This document shows positions 1-10,216 of a stretch of DNA of 64,000 bases, one piece after another. Location: NCBI GenBank assembly GCA_963845145.1, contig CAWJQU010000015.1, positions 1-64,000 of the forward strand, given 5' to 3'. A program made the position numbers and the translations under genes. Each line of letters starts with the position of its first letter. Position 1 is the first letter of the stretch. The notes below the pieces were generated by a model that was not told the origin of the DNA, did no database searches, and worked only from the letters and a program-made list of their open reading frames with translations. This DNA is from an uncultured delta proteobacterium. Its GTDB lineage: Bacteria > Desulfobacterota > Desulfobacteria > Desulfobacterales > QNYZ01.

Positions 1-475
1 AATTAATTGAGAGTATGCTGATTTGTGATACCAAATTTCGCTAAGGTCGCCGAAATACAATTCTATTCTCTTGTCACAATTTTTAATATGAATGTGATTT
101 ATAAAAAATATCCAAAATGGGAATTTTGATCGAATTGAAATGCCCCTTTGAAAAAAAAGATATGTTGTCGACATCAGACTTGGGCGTAACGGATATAAGT
201 AATCAAATAGATTTTGTTCACTTAAAGACCATGGTGAAAAATACAATGATCAGAAAAACAATTTAGGCAGGTATCTCAGGACTTGTTTGATAGAGCCTGG
301 CTTTTTGGATTAACGTAATGCGTATTACATGTTTTTGATAGTTAATAAATAATTTTTCATTTCGGTACGTTAACTGCTGATTGAATCAATAGTTACAAAA
401 AAATATAATTTTGTTTAAATTAACAAAATCACTGGCTCTGTAACAACGACCCTCCTTTTTCAAAAATTAAGCTAT

Positions 476-492
476 TTGGCACAAAAAGTGCA
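476..492 (+). promoter_or_regulatory. sigma54 (-24/-12) promoter candidate
   Basis: TTGGCACAAAAAGTGCA: GG at 478-479 and GC at 490-491 with 10-nt spacing, ~105 bp upstream of the 597 ORF. Confidence 0.65.
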
Positions 493-596
493 ATATTTTT
501 ATTCTATCAAGATAGGACGCCTATGAATGGTAACCATCAAATGCCAATTCGTGGAGCAACTAATAAAAAATTAGAAGTTTATGAAGGGGATACCAA

Positions 597-1769
597 ATGA
601 TAAAATCGATTTTTTCCCTTACATCTTTTATGATTCTCTTTGCCATAATATTGGGTAACGATTCTGCGTTTGCTTCCGAAAGCTCTCCAATTCGAATTGG
701 GGCCACAGTCTCGATAGAAGGTAAATATAAAGAACCTTCCTTAATGGTTCAAAGGTCCTACAAGCTGTGGGTGCATGAAGTCAATCAACGAGGGGGAATT
801 CTCGGTCGTAAAGTGGAATTGGTCCTATATGATGATAAAAGCCGAAAAGATTTGGTAAAGGAATTATATCGAAAATTAATTGAGGATGAGCAGGTAGACT
901 TCGTTTTTTCTCCATATGGAACCCCGCTCACTTTAGCAGCCTCCGAAATCAGCGAGAAGCACAAACTTCTCATGCTTGCCTGTGCAGCTTCAGGCGAAAT
1001 TATCTGGAAAAGAGGTTATCAATTTATTTTTGGCGTCTATGCTTTGGCCAACCGATATTTTATTGGCCTGTTGGATATGATGGCTCGTAACGATCTTAAT
1101 ACTGTATCTATCGTATATAATGCTGCTTCACCTTTTAATATCGATGTTGCCGAAGGTGTGAAAAGATGGGCCAAAAAATTCAACATTACCATTGATCAAG
1201 AAAAGAGATACATGGAGGGGAAAAATGAGCTACCCACCATTGTATCAGAGTTGAAGGCGGCAAAAGTTAAGAGGCTCATCGTTTCAGCATACCCGCCAGA
1301 TTGCTATTACTTACTGAACCTGATGCAAAAAATGGACTATCGACCATTGGTCTTAGGAATGACGATTGCACCAATTCATCCGGATTTTTTTAATAATGCA
1401 GGTACTATAGCAAATAGAATATTCGGTCCATCTCAGTGGGAGCCCAGCGAGAGAATTACCTTTCCGGGTACGAAAAATTTTATACGTGTGTTTAAAAATT
1501 TCACTGGAAAAATCCCATCATATCATGCTGGATCAGCATATGCAGCTTGCCAATTATTCGAAAGTGCAATTCAAAAAACTCAATCGCTGGATAACGAGAA
1601 AATTCGGAATCATATTTCTGCAATGGATACAGTAACGGTTATCGGTCGCTTCAAGGTGGACCCTTCTGGCAAACAGGTCGGGCATAATCCGATTATGATC
1701 CAGTGGCAGGATGGAAAAAAAGAGATAGTATGGCCGACTAAAATGCAAACTTCACCCCCTCTTTTTTGA
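597..1769 (+). CDS. periplasmic binding protein, branched-chain amino acid (LivJ/K-like, PBP1) family
   Basis: Signal peptide ending AFA-S; IRIGAT...G, VNQRGGILGRKVELVLYDDKS and FSPYGT motifs. Confidence 0.9.
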   Translation: MIKSIFSLTSFMILFAIILGNDSAFASESSPIRIGATVSIEGKYKEPSLMVQRSYKLWVHEVNQRGGILGRKVELVLYDDKSRKDLVKELYRKLIEDEQVDFVFSPYGTPLTLAASEISEKHKLLMLACAASGEIIWKRGYQFIFGVYALANRYFIGLLDMMARNDLNTVSIVYNAASPFNIDVAEGVKRWAKKFNITIDQEKRYMEGKNELPTIVSELKAAKVKRLIVSAYPPDCYYLLNLMQKMDYRPLVLGMTIAPIHPDFFNNAGTIANRIFGPSQWEPSERITFPGTKNFIRVFKNFTGKIPSYHAGSAYAACQLFESAIQKTQSLDNEKIRNHISAMDTVTVIGRFKVDPSGKQVGHNPIMIQWQDGKKEIVWPTKMQTSPPLF

Positions 1770-4468
1770 CTAAGATGAATACTCAAAGGGAATACAAAAA
1801 ACCGCCAGTATACAAGCGGATTATATTTTGGATAGTACTGCCCGTAATAATAATTGGGACTACCATCTCAGTAATTTTGACAAACTTTCTTTCTCCACAA
1901 ATTGAATCTTTTTTAATAAACAATTTTGAGGCAAATCTACGCCTATCCTCAAGTTTGGGCGTGGACGTTTGTGATACTTATTTCAACCAACTATTGGATA
2001 TGCGACTAGAAAATAATTTGGAGATGAATACAACCTTAAAAGGGGAAGCCCTGGAACAAATAAAGAGAATTGAAAAACAAGTTCCACATGTTCACATGAT
2101 TGTTTTAGAGAACAGCCAGTTTATAAAATTGATTTCAATAGATTACCCCCAGGACACTTGGGATTTACCCTCTTCTGGAAATGCTACAGATGTGATTTGG
2201 GATACTCACTTGGGAGGGAAAACTATAAAGGCACATATCCGCTATTTCCCCTATTGGGATTGGCATATTATTAGCTTTGTGTTTGAAAATGATTCTCTTG
2301 CTCCTTTGTCTACAGCGAAGAAAATAATCTATGTTAGCACTTTGGTTATTCTTGCAACTGTTTTTCTAACCATTCTCATTATGTTTAATCATTCGGTTAG
2401 TAGACCGCTCAAACGGCTTATTTATAGTATCAACGATGTTTCAAGGGGTAAATTGGTACCAATTAATCCGCTGCGCGATAATGAAATAGGACAATTAGCG
2501 GTTTTCTTTAATAATATGATAGAAAGTTTGAAAAAATCAACAAATGATCTTGATAATATGATCAAACAATTAAAGGAGTCAGAATCGCGCTATAAAAGCT
2601 TAGTAGAGTTATCTCCAGAGGCTGTATTTGTTCATCAAAATGGCCAAATTAAATATATCAACCGTAGCGGAGCAAAAATTTTTAGGACTACTAATCCTTT
2701 AAAACTAATAGATAAACCTGTTATAGAGCTCATTCATCCAGATTTTCATAAAACTGAACTTTCTAACATAGAAAAAGTTTATAGAGATCACACTACCTTA
2801 CCGCCTCAAGAATTAAAATATTTAACACTAGATAAAGAGGCAATTAATGTTGAATCAACGGGAACTTATATAGAATATTCAGGGAAACCTGCAATGCTGA
2901 ACGTGATAAGAGATATTACTGAGCGCCAATTGGCTGAGAAGTCATTACGAGAGAGTGAGGAAAAGTTTCGAAAAATTGCAGAAAATTCGCTTGTTGGAGT
3001 TAATATAATCCAGAACGATATTTTAATCTACGTAAATCCGAAGTTCGCAGAAATTTTTGGTTACTCCATTTCGGAATGCCTCAATAATATGCACTTTAGC
3101 CAGTTAGTTTACCCCAAAGATCTTAGCATCGTCCAAAAAAATCTTCGAAAACGCATGTCTGGAGAAAGAAAATCAGTCAATTATGCCTTCAGAGGAATAA
3201 AGAAAAGCGGGGAAATTGTTCATGTTGAAATATTTGGATCTACAATCGAATTTAACGGAAAACCTGCTGCGGTGGGAATAATTTTAGACATAACCGACCG
3301 GAAAAAGCTTGAACGCCAACTTCAACAGTCACAAAAATTAGAATCCATCGGCAACCTAGCTGGCGGCATCGCCCACGATTTTAATAACATATTGTCATCC
3401 ATAATAGGATTTACAGAATTAGCCCTTGATGATGTGGAAAAAGGAACATTCTTGGAGGACAGTCTTAAAGAGGTTTACACGGCAGGAATTCGTGCTACAG
3501 ATCTGGTAAAACAGATATTGGCTTTTGCCCGTCAATCCGGAGAGGAGAAAAAGCCCATCCAGATGGATAAGATCGCGCAAGAAGTGCTGAAACTTATTCG
3601 ATCAACAATACCTTCTACGATTGAGATCAAGGAAAAATTAGAAAGCCATTCATTGATCATGGGTAACAAATCACAAGTCCATCAATTGTTTATGAACCTT
3701 TGTGCAAATGCCGCTCATGCAATGGAGGATAAAGGTGGTATTTTAAAAGTCGAGTTGACTGATGTCAATCGAATCGATTTACCACCAAACCAAAAATCTG
3801 ATTTAAAAGCAGATAACTATATAAAAGCAACAGTATCGGACACCGGTTCTGGCATCCCGCCTAATGTCATTAACTCTATTTTTGAGCCCTATTTTACCAC
3901 AAAGGGTGTCGGTGAGGGAACGGGGATGGGGCTGGCATTAGTGCATGGCATTGTTGATTCTTATGGTGGTAAAATTACAGTTGAAAGTGAATTGGACAAG
4001 GGTTCAATATTTAGGGTTTATCTGCCAATAACAAAAACGAGTGAAGTTAAAGGACATTTCGAGGTCGAGAAACTACCTTTTGGAAACGAGCATATTCTTA
4101 TTGTAGACGATGAATTACCCCTCGCAAAAATGGGTAGTCGGATTTTGGAGGGGTTGGGATACCGCGTTACTATTCGCACTAGCAGTATTGAAGCGTTGGA
4201 GCTATTCAGATCGAAACCAAATGATTTTGACTTGGTTATAACGGATATGACCATGCCAAATATGACTGGGGATGAATTGACGGCGGAATTGCTCGCACTT
4301 AGATATAACATTCCGGTTATTTTGCTAACAGGGTACAGCAATAAAATTTCTGAGAAATCGGCTCCTGATATCGGTATTAGGGCTTTTGCATATAAGCCAA
4401 TTATAAAGGCTGATCTTGCAAAAATAGTGCGAAAAATACTTGATGAGGCTAAAGATTGGAGTTGTTGA
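1766..4468 (+). CDS. hybrid sensor histidine kinase (2 TM, HAMP, 2 PAS, HisKA, HATPase, receiver)
   Basis: LAGGIAHDFNNIL H-box, DTGSG, FTTKGVGEGTGMGL, ILIVDDE and DLVITDMTMP receiver motifs; overlaps the SBP stop codon. Confidence 0.95.
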   Translation: MTKMNTQREYKKPPVYKRIIFWIVLPVIIIGTTISVILTNFLSPQIESFLINNFEANLRLSSSLGVDVCDTYFNQLLDMRLENNLEMNTTLKGEALEQIKRIEKQVPHVHMIVLENSQFIKLISIDYPQDTWDLPSSGNATDVIWDTHLGGKTIKAHIRYFPYWDWHIISFVFENDSLAPLSTAKKIIYVSTLVILATVFLTILIMFNHSVSRPLKRLIYSINDVSRGKLVPINPLRDNEIGQLAVFFNNMIESLKKSTNDLDNMIKQLKESESRYKSLVELSPEAVFVHQNGQIKYINRSGAKIFRTTNPLKLIDKPVIELIHPDFHKTELSNIEKVYRDHTTLPPQELKYLTLDKEAINVESTGTYIEYSGKPAMLNVIRDITERQLAEKSLRESEEKFRKIAENSLVGVNIIQNDILIYVNPKFAEIFGYSISECLNNMHFSQLVYPKDLSIVQKNLRKRMSGERKSVNYAFRGIKKSGEIVHVEIFGSTIEFNGKPAAVGIILDITDRKKLERQLQQSQKLESIGNLAGGIAHDFNNILSSIIGFTELALDDVEKGTFLEDSLKEVYTAGIRATDLVKQILAFARQSGEEKKPIQMDKIAQEVLKLIRSTIPSTIEIKEKLESHSLIMGNKSQVHQLFMNLCANAAHAMEDKGGILKVELTDVNRIDLPPNQKSDLKADNYIKATVSDTGSGIPPNVINSIFEPYFTTKGVGEGTGMGLALVHGIVDSYGGKITVESELDKGSIFRVYLPITKTSEVKGHFEVEKLPFGNEHILIVDDELPLAKMGSRILEGLGYRVTIRTSSIEALELFRSKPNDFDLVITDMTMPNMTGDELTAELLALRYNIPVILLTGYSNKISEKSAPDIGIRAFAYKPIIKADLAKIVRKILDEAKDWSC

Positions 4469-4531
4469 TATTTAACATCTTTTAAAGGGTTAGCTTCGGC
4501 TAAAGCAGGTCAATTGGTCAGAATCTAATGG

Positions 4532-4730
4532 AGAGACACTGGTATGGGTTTCGCCGAGGAGAATGTATATTTTTGATCAAGTGTACAAATCCACCAGCCG
4601 CAAATATAGGGGAACTGATCTGGCGTTGGCTTTAACCAAAGATTCATTGAGATTCACGGAGGTGCTATTTGGGCCAAAGGCATTGGTATTAATCAGGTCA
4701 GTACATCTGTCATTATTATTTCCTGTTAAT
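4532..4730 (+). pseudogene. eroded HATPase_c fragment of a histidine kinase
   Basis: Across shifting frames reads DTGMG..., FDQVYKSTSRKYRGTDLALALTK, FIEIHGGAIWAKGIGINQVSTSVIIIP, resembling the G1-F-G2 boxes with mutated glycines. Confidence 0.7.
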
Positions 4731-5453
4731 AAATTTGCAATGAAATACTATAATGCACTTAAAAAGATGTTGGCATAAGGTCTTGTTCGTGAAAAATATT
4801 GAGAGTTATCTTACAAATGAACAATAAAGAAGCAAAGATTCTATATCCTAACTCATAAGCAGTGCCCTCCGAACCTTTCAATATGTCCCTAATGTGTAGG
4901 CTCGAAAAAATTGAACTTTTTAGTATATTAACTATATGTAACCATGAAAGTAATGAAAGGTTTGATTTTGGCAATCTTAACGAAATATGAAAATCCATGA
5001 AAAAGTATTGATTTTGGTTACAAATCTAATAAACAGAGTCAGGGCAAGGCGGTCATCGTTTTCGCCCTGATGATTTCTGAGATAGCCAGCTAAAAAGTAA
5101 AAATATCATCCACCTAAAAAACCTATGATAAGACTGAGAAATGAAAATATTGAAAATTAACATTTAAATTATATCGAAATAAGTATGGATAGATTTCACT
5201 ATTTTAACTGATTGGCATTTACGAAAACACTGCAAAGAATCAACAATAAGTAAAATCAATGCATTTTTATAAATACATAGCCAATAGATATTATTTGCAA
5301 TATATCGAAATAATTCCATTTCCAACACCCAAAAAAATTATAAATGTCCATAGCGATTGCGCTGCCCCGAACCGTATAGATCCATAGTTCCAGGAAGGAC
5401 CCTCTCTTTTCCAAAGTGTCCTGATCTTCGCATCGACTTGTCGATACAGCACC

Positions 5454-6782
5454 TCATGGTCTGGCCAGATCTCGGAGAGTGGTCGTCTCCCCATCCCATT
5501 GAAGTTTGACAGTGACCAGTGGCCCCATCCGCTGTTTAGCGATGATCACCTCCATGATTCCCTTGTCTTGGGAGTTCGAGTGATAGACATCATCACGATA
5601 GAGCAACAGAACTACATCCGCGTCCTGTTCGAGTGCCCCAGATTCTTTCAGGTCGGATAGCCTTGGGCGTTTATTGTCACGTGATTCCACCATTCGGTTG
5701 AGTTGAGCCAGTGCAATTACGGGGATGGACAGCTCACGAGCCAATAATTTTAATCGCCTCGATATTTCCGCAACTTCCAAATGACGGTGCCGGTCACCAG
5801 TTCCGCTGATAAGCTGCAGATAGTCAACGGCCACAACCTTCACCCCCTCTCTCCGAACCATAGACCGGGCACGCCGGCAGACGTCGTCGATGGTTACCAT
5901 CGAGCTGTCATCGATATAAATTTTATGGTCGGACAATTTGCCCGCAGCATCGTTAATGTTTTGCCATGCGTTCGAATCCAATCGACCTGTTCGGAGCCTC
6001 ATTACATTGACACGGGATTGTGAGGATATGAGCCTATCGATCAACTGCTCCTTTGACATCTCTAATGAAAAAAACAATACCGGCCCTGACGTTTTTTTCG
6101 CCACCTCTGTAGCCATTACTGTTTTTCCCATACCCGGTCGCGCTCCAATAACAATCAAATCACCGGGCTGCATGCCAGTAGTGAAATGGTTTAGATCTCT
6201 ATGCCCATAGCTCTCCCCTGACAAACCCTGGTTTTTGGATCGCTCTTCGTACCGCTCGATCGCATTATTCAAAAGTTTTTGAATTGGTAGGGCTGCTCCG
6301 CTATCTCCTTTGTATTCAATAGCGTTCACTCTCCTCAAAACTTCATCAAGAGCTCTGCCACCTTGATCAAAAACCAATCGTTTTATATTTTCGGCCTCCT
6401 CAATAAGCCGTCGCGCGATTGTCCGCTCAACCAATTTCCCGGCATAATATTCAATATTCGGAGAAACGGGGTTGGTACTCACCAGTTCCGCCAACCCTTC
6501 AGGGCCCCCGCACCGCTTTAAATCCCCCGATTCACGTAACGCATTCGTAACAGTTGCCAAATCGACAGGCGCGCCAGATTCGTGAAGAGCCTGCAGAATC
6601 GAAATGATTTTGCGATTTGGCGGACTATAGAAATCATTCGGTGAAACATATTCGAATATTTCTGATACCGTCTCCGGAAACAGGAGACCACTAGCAATGA
6701 TCGATTTTTCAACCTCGGTTGCTGTGAACATCCCATTCGGCTGGGGCGAATTTGGTTTCAGGGATTGGGTAGTCGTTGTCAT
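5454..6782 (-). CDS. dnaB: DnaB-like replicative helicase (element-encoded)
   Basis: GARPGMGKT Walker A, FFSLEMS, VDYLQL, LAQLNR, LSDLKESGALEQDADVV; ATG at 6782 preceded by GAGG. Confidence 0.93.
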   Translation of the reverse strand: MTTTTQSLKPNSPQPNGMFTATEVEKSIIASGLLFPETVSEIFEYVSPNDFYSPPNRKIISILQALHESGAPVDLATVTNALRESGDLKRCGGPEGLAELVSTNPVSPNIEYYAGKLVERTIARRLIEEAENIKRLVFDQGGRALDEVLRRVNAIEYKGDSGAALPIQKLLNNAIERYEERSKNQGLSGESYGHRDLNHFTTGMQPGDLIVIGARPGMGKTVMATEVAKKTSGPVLFFSLEMSKEQLIDRLISSQSRVNVMRLRTGRLDSNAWQNINDAAGKLSDHKIYIDDSSMVTIDDVCRRARSMVRREGVKVVAVDYLQLISGTGDRHRHLEVAEISRRLKLLARELSIPVIALAQLNRMVESRDNKRPRLSDLKESGALEQDADVVLLLYRDDVYHSNSQDKGIMEVIIAKQRMGPLVTVKLQWDGETTTLRDLARP

Positions 6783-7494
6783 TTTCAAAAACCTCTTTTT
6801 GGTTCAGATATGCCTCAAATTTCAGACCGTACAGCGTTTCCGGTCTTAAATATTTTGAGAATTCCGGGTTGTTTTTCCACTCTGAGCATTTTATCTGATG
6901 TACTCGTAAAAAATCGTCGACAGTGAAACCCTCATCGAATCTCGCCCTGATGAGGATGCGAGTTTTTTTTGAATTCGATTTAAATCGTGTACGGGCCCTA
7001 CCGTTCAGGTCAGTAATAATCGTTTCAAATGGAGGGGGGGGTTTTTTATTCTTTCTTCTTTCTTCTTTATATAATTGGTGTGTTTGGTTCTCGTTGTAGT
7101 TCTCGTTGTGGTTCACGTTGTGGTTCTCGTTGTGGTTCTCGTAGTTTCTCGGGTTTTGATATTTGCTATAATTCAAAACAGTTATTAGAACCCCGTGTCT
7201 GGTTTTCGTTGTGGTTATCATTCCGGCTTTCGTTAGGGTTTTCATTGTAGTTTGTATCTGATGGCGTGAATAATACTCTTTTCGATACCCCACATACCAG
7301 GATAATTTTTCGATAATATCCTGATAAGACAAGATAATCTGACCGCGCCGAATTTTCCGCCCGCAACATATCTTATCTGAATGAGCAGCCAAAATTAGAA
7401 TCAAATCCCATGTTTCACGAATATGCGGCGGCTTCCGCATCAATGAGGATTCCATTATTGCCCGTGGTTTAAGAATGTACCCACCTGGAATCAT
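6709..7494 (-). CDS. phage-type replication initiator (replisome organizer) with conserved phage C-terminal domain
   Basis: N-terminal IRRGQIILSY...ITVLNYSKYQ winged-helix-like part; C-terminal EGFTVDDF...W...KYLRPETLYG.KFEAYLNQ; directly upstream of DnaB. Confidence 0.8.
   Translation of the reverse strand: MIPGGYILKPRAIMESSLMRKPPHIRETWDLILILAAHSDKICCGRKIRRGQIILSYQDIIEKLSWYVGYRKEYYSRHQIQTTMKTLTKAGMITTTKTRHGVLITVLNYSKYQNPRNYENHNENHNVNHNENYNENQTHQLYKEERRKNKKPPPPFETIITDLNGRARTRFKSNSKKTRILIRARFDEGFTVDDFLRVHQIKCSEWKNNPEFSKYLRPETLYGLKFEAYLNQKEVFENDNDYPIPETKFAPAEWDVHSNRG
7087..7146. repeat. five tandem 12-bp repeats (GTTCTCGTTGTG consensus) inside rep; candidate iterons/origin
   Basis: gttctcgttgta gttctcgttgtg gttcacgttgtg gttctcgttgtg gttctcgtagtt; related copy at 7202-7213; AT-rich tract at ~7040-7075. 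Confidence 0.75.
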
Positions 7495-7727
7495 TCGGCA
7501 CGCAATTCACCTGATAAAAACCTTGCAATATCAACAATGGCAAAACCACGTTGACGCCCCCAAGATATAGGCCTAATCGGAAAAGTTGGGTCGCCTATTT
7601 TGTTATAAATAGTCTGACGACTGATCCCGAGTGCATCCGCCGCCTCTTTTGCATTGAGCCGAACCCGGCCCGGAAATAGGCTGTTGAGGTGATCCAAAAT
7701 CTCTCTGTGTCTATCAACCAAATCCAT
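7491..7727 (-). CDS. AlpA/excisionase-like HTH protein
   Basis: 78 aa, LNAKEAADALGISRQTIYN HTH followed by FPIRPISWG. Confidence 0.8.
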   Translation of the reverse strand: MDLVDRHREILDHLNSLFPGRVRLNAKEAADALGISRQTIYNKIGDPTFPIRPISWGRQRGFAIVDIARFLSGELRAE

Positions 7728-7747
7728 TTGTTCCCTCCAAAATTAAA

Positions 7748-7783
7748 TATGGCCACAACGCTAATCACTGCGTTGTGGCCATA
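7748..7783. promoter_or_regulatory. perfect 14-bp inverted repeat upstream of the alpA-rep-dnaB operon
   Basis: TATGGCCACAACGC-N8-GCGTTGTGGCCATA. Confidence 0.6.
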
Positions 7784-7810
7784 CCCTAAAACACAAATTC
7801 GTATTATTGA

Positions 7811-7843
7811 AGTTGGTTAGGGTTCAGTAAATCCTAACCAACT
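7811..7843. promoter_or_regulatory. perfect 11-bp inverted repeat, candidate regulator binding site
   Basis: AGTTGGTTAGG-N11-CCTAACCAACT. Confidence 0.55.
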
Positions 7844-7975
7844 ATGGAAAAAAATAGAAACTTATAATTAGGATTATTTCAGATTAGATAGAGAAGTCTT
7901 AAAATAACAAGGAGTTGCTATTTAGGGAGAATTTATACAATGTGGAAAACGAAAGAGAAACTCTACTTATTTAGC

Positions 7976-8755
7976 CTAATATTTACCAGGAAAAACACCT
8001 TTCTCGACATTGCTAATGATCTTATATGCTTTTCCAAAAGCTTCTAAAGCCTCCTGTCTCAACCTTTCAGGATCGGCATAAAGTTTATAGTATTCAACAT
8101 TATCTTTTAAGGTAGTCCATGTACCACCCCGTGCCCTTCCGGTTACCCTGCCATTATTGAAATCCTTTCGATGATCATACACATTAAGGAATCGCCTCAT
8201 AGAATCAAAATCGGCCCCACTTGGTAGGCGTGCAACTGTATCATTAAAATCGACATGCTTTTTTTTTTCTTTTATCATAGGTTTTAGTTCATCAAAAATT
8301 TTTTCATTCGTCGCACCTGAGTCCAAATTAATTTTTACCCAAAGTTCACCAGGATAGCTATTTAATTCAGATATTATATCTGATAGCAAATCTTCCCAGT
8401 GAAATGGAAACTCACATTTTTCACTACAATCAAACAAAATTGGACGGATAGACCTTTCAATAGCATCGACAGGCTCGCATGCTTTAAATCCATATTCAAA
8501 CAATTGGTCGCTTTCATTCCAAAAAGTATCAAAAGATTTTTTGTACAAACCTTGAAACATGGCAATTGTATGGCAAGCCCCATAATTGCGATCTTTCTTC
8601 GATAAATATCTATCAATGCCGAGTGGGCGTCCATCTTCATGCCATTTTAAGAAAGGCTTATACAGTTTACTTCTTTTAAAGTATTCCCACCATAGCCGGT
8701 AGTACTCCCTCAGGTTTTTTAAGTTATTCTTAGAAGTGCATTTTTTCGGCCGCAT
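7976..8755 (-). CDS. hypothetical protein, possible element-encoded transcription activator
   Basis: 259-aa ORF between int and alpA; WWEYFKRS and RRFLNVYDHR segments. Confidence 0.6.
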   Translation of the reverse strand: MRPKKCTSKNNLKNLREYYRLWWEYFKRSKLYKPFLKWHEDGRPLGIDRYLSKKDRNYGACHTIAMFQGLYKKSFDTFWNESDQLFEYGFKACEPVDAIERSIRPILFDCSEKCEFPFHWEDLLSDIISELNSYPGELWVKINLDSGATNEKIFDELKPMIKEKKKHVDFNDTVARLPSGADFDSMRRFLNVYDHRKDFNNGRVTGRARGGTWTTLKDNVEYYKLYADPERLRQEALEAFGKAYKIISNVEKGVFPGKY

Positions 8756-8788
8756 TCCCGCCCCATGAACGGTCCCTGAATTTGATTT

Positions 8789-8838
8789 CCGGGGAAAACG
8801 GCCAGGGGTGCCGTTTTTCGGGAGCTACCCTATCCCCG
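8789..8838 (-). ncRNA. structured three-way-junction RNA candidate just downstream of the integrase
   Basis: Minus strand CGGGGA TA GGGTAGCTCCC GA AAAACGGC ACCCCTG GCCGTTT TCCCCG: closing stem plus two hairpins. Confidence 0.5.
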
Positions 8839-8862
8839 ATAGTTTTTCTACCCTTTATGGCT

Positions 8863-9981
8863 TCAATCCTTCTTTACCGCATCTGCTATAATATCTCCCG
8901 CCAGATCCGAAGCCCGTTTCAATGCCTCATCCCGCAAATGGGCGTATCGTTGCGTCGTGGCCGGATCGCGGTGGGTTAACAGCTTCTGAAGTGTGTACAT
9001 GTCGACCTTGCCGGACGATGCCAGCATGGACGCATACACATGGCGTAAGCCGTGGAGGGGCCGAAAGTCTTTAGGTAGCCCAGCCCTCTCCCGAATTCTT
9101 TTTGCCGGGGTTGTAATCGTAACGCGCTGAAGTCCACCCCGACCTGGAAAGACGTATTCGCTTTTTTTTCGATGACCTTCTAAAAGTTCCCGCGCCGGAT
9201 CGTTTAAAGGAATTTTCTGATCCCGTGCATTTTTAGGATCACGAATGTGAATAAAACCACGGTCGAAATCAACATCATCCCATTTTAATTTAAACAGCTC
9301 ACCCCGCCGCATACCGGTAAACAAGGCCATTTTCATCAGCGGCCCGGCCTGGGGATGATCATCATCCTCGATCACCTGCAACAATCGTTTAAGCTGCTTT
9401 GAATTCAGATCTTCGGTCTTGGTATTCCAGACGTTGGGCATCTCAATTTCAAATGACAGCCGTTCGGATAACTGTTTTCGAACACCAAAATTGACTATTC
9501 GCCCTAACAAAGAGAGAATATGTTTGGTGGTTTGGGGAGTTCGTTTTTCAAGGAGGCTTAATCGAAAACTATCAACATCAGTTTGGGTGATCTCTTTGGG
9601 CTCTTGATAGCCAAATCGCGCTTTCAGGTGCTTATTGTATTGGCTTTGATAGGTTTTCCAACCTTTTAAATGCGGATTGTTGGCTTGGTATTTTTGCCAT
9701 AATCTGTCAATGGTTATCCGGTTCGCGGTCTTTTCGGCCTTTTCTTTTCGAATCTGACGCTTCTCCGTATTGGCCATGACCTTGCCTGAAATTTTCAGAC
9801 CCCGAAGCCGTGAAGCCCTAGCCGGTGTCATGGCATCCTCTATCTGGCGCCCGGCCTTTTCCTCATACAGCTTTCCATCCTTTCGAAAACGGATATAGTA
9901 TATGCGCTCATCCTTGCCTGTTGCCGGTGATTTTCCTTTAATATAATAAACACCGGGGTAATTAGTCTTAGTGCGTTTCAT
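8863..9981 (-). CDS. tyrosine recombinase / phage-type integrase
   Basis: TGMRRGE (R), HGLRH (HxxR), LLTHRD (H) and TQRYAHL (Y) catalytic motifs. Confidence 0.95.
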   Translation of the reverse strand: MKRTKTNYPGVYYIKGKSPATGKDERIYYIRFRKDGKLYEEKAGRQIEDAMTPARASRLRGLKISGKVMANTEKRQIRKEKAEKTANRITIDRLWQKYQANNPHLKGWKTYQSQYNKHLKARFGYQEPKEITQTDVDSFRLSLLEKRTPQTTKHILSLLGRIVNFGVRKQLSERLSFEIEMPNVWNTKTEDLNSKQLKRLLQVIEDDDHPQAGPLMKMALFTGMRRGELFKLKWDDVDFDRGFIHIRDPKNARDQKIPLNDPARELLEGHRKKSEYVFPGRGGLQRVTITTPAKRIRERAGLPKDFRPLHGLRHVYASMLASSGKVDMYTLQKLLTHRDPATTQRYAHLRDEALKRASDLAGDIIADAVKKD

Positions 9982-10016
9982 CCGCTTTGAGGCTCATTTT
10001 TTACAAATTTGTTGAC

Positions 10017-10200
10017 TTCCCCACACCCTCAACGTATAAAAAATATGTGGGGCTAAGTATCAATTCCCCATGCTATTCCCCACATGGATTTTATATATAC
10101 AGGTAAATCGAAGGAGTCAAGTTTAAAGCTTGGCTCTAAATTTTTCCTTATCTTTAAAACGTTTATGTGGTATTTAATAACTTGAGGTAAATTGAGGTAA
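10017..10200. repeat. short repeats between int and att core; candidate arm-type/Xis sites
   Basis: TTCCCCA at 10017, 10064 and 10076, inverted TGTGGGG at 10046; tandem TTGAGGTAA at 10182 and 10192. Confidence 0.55.
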
Positions 10201-10216
10201 GTCCGGTAAAAATGGT

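Noticed and set aside
7087..7146. CRISPR array
   Set aside because: 12-bp units with no spacers, inside a CDS; no cas genes in the window.
8863..9981. Integron integrase serving the cassette array
   Set aside because: Phage-type context with a tRNA att site, and I see no IntI-specific insertion before the HxxR motif.
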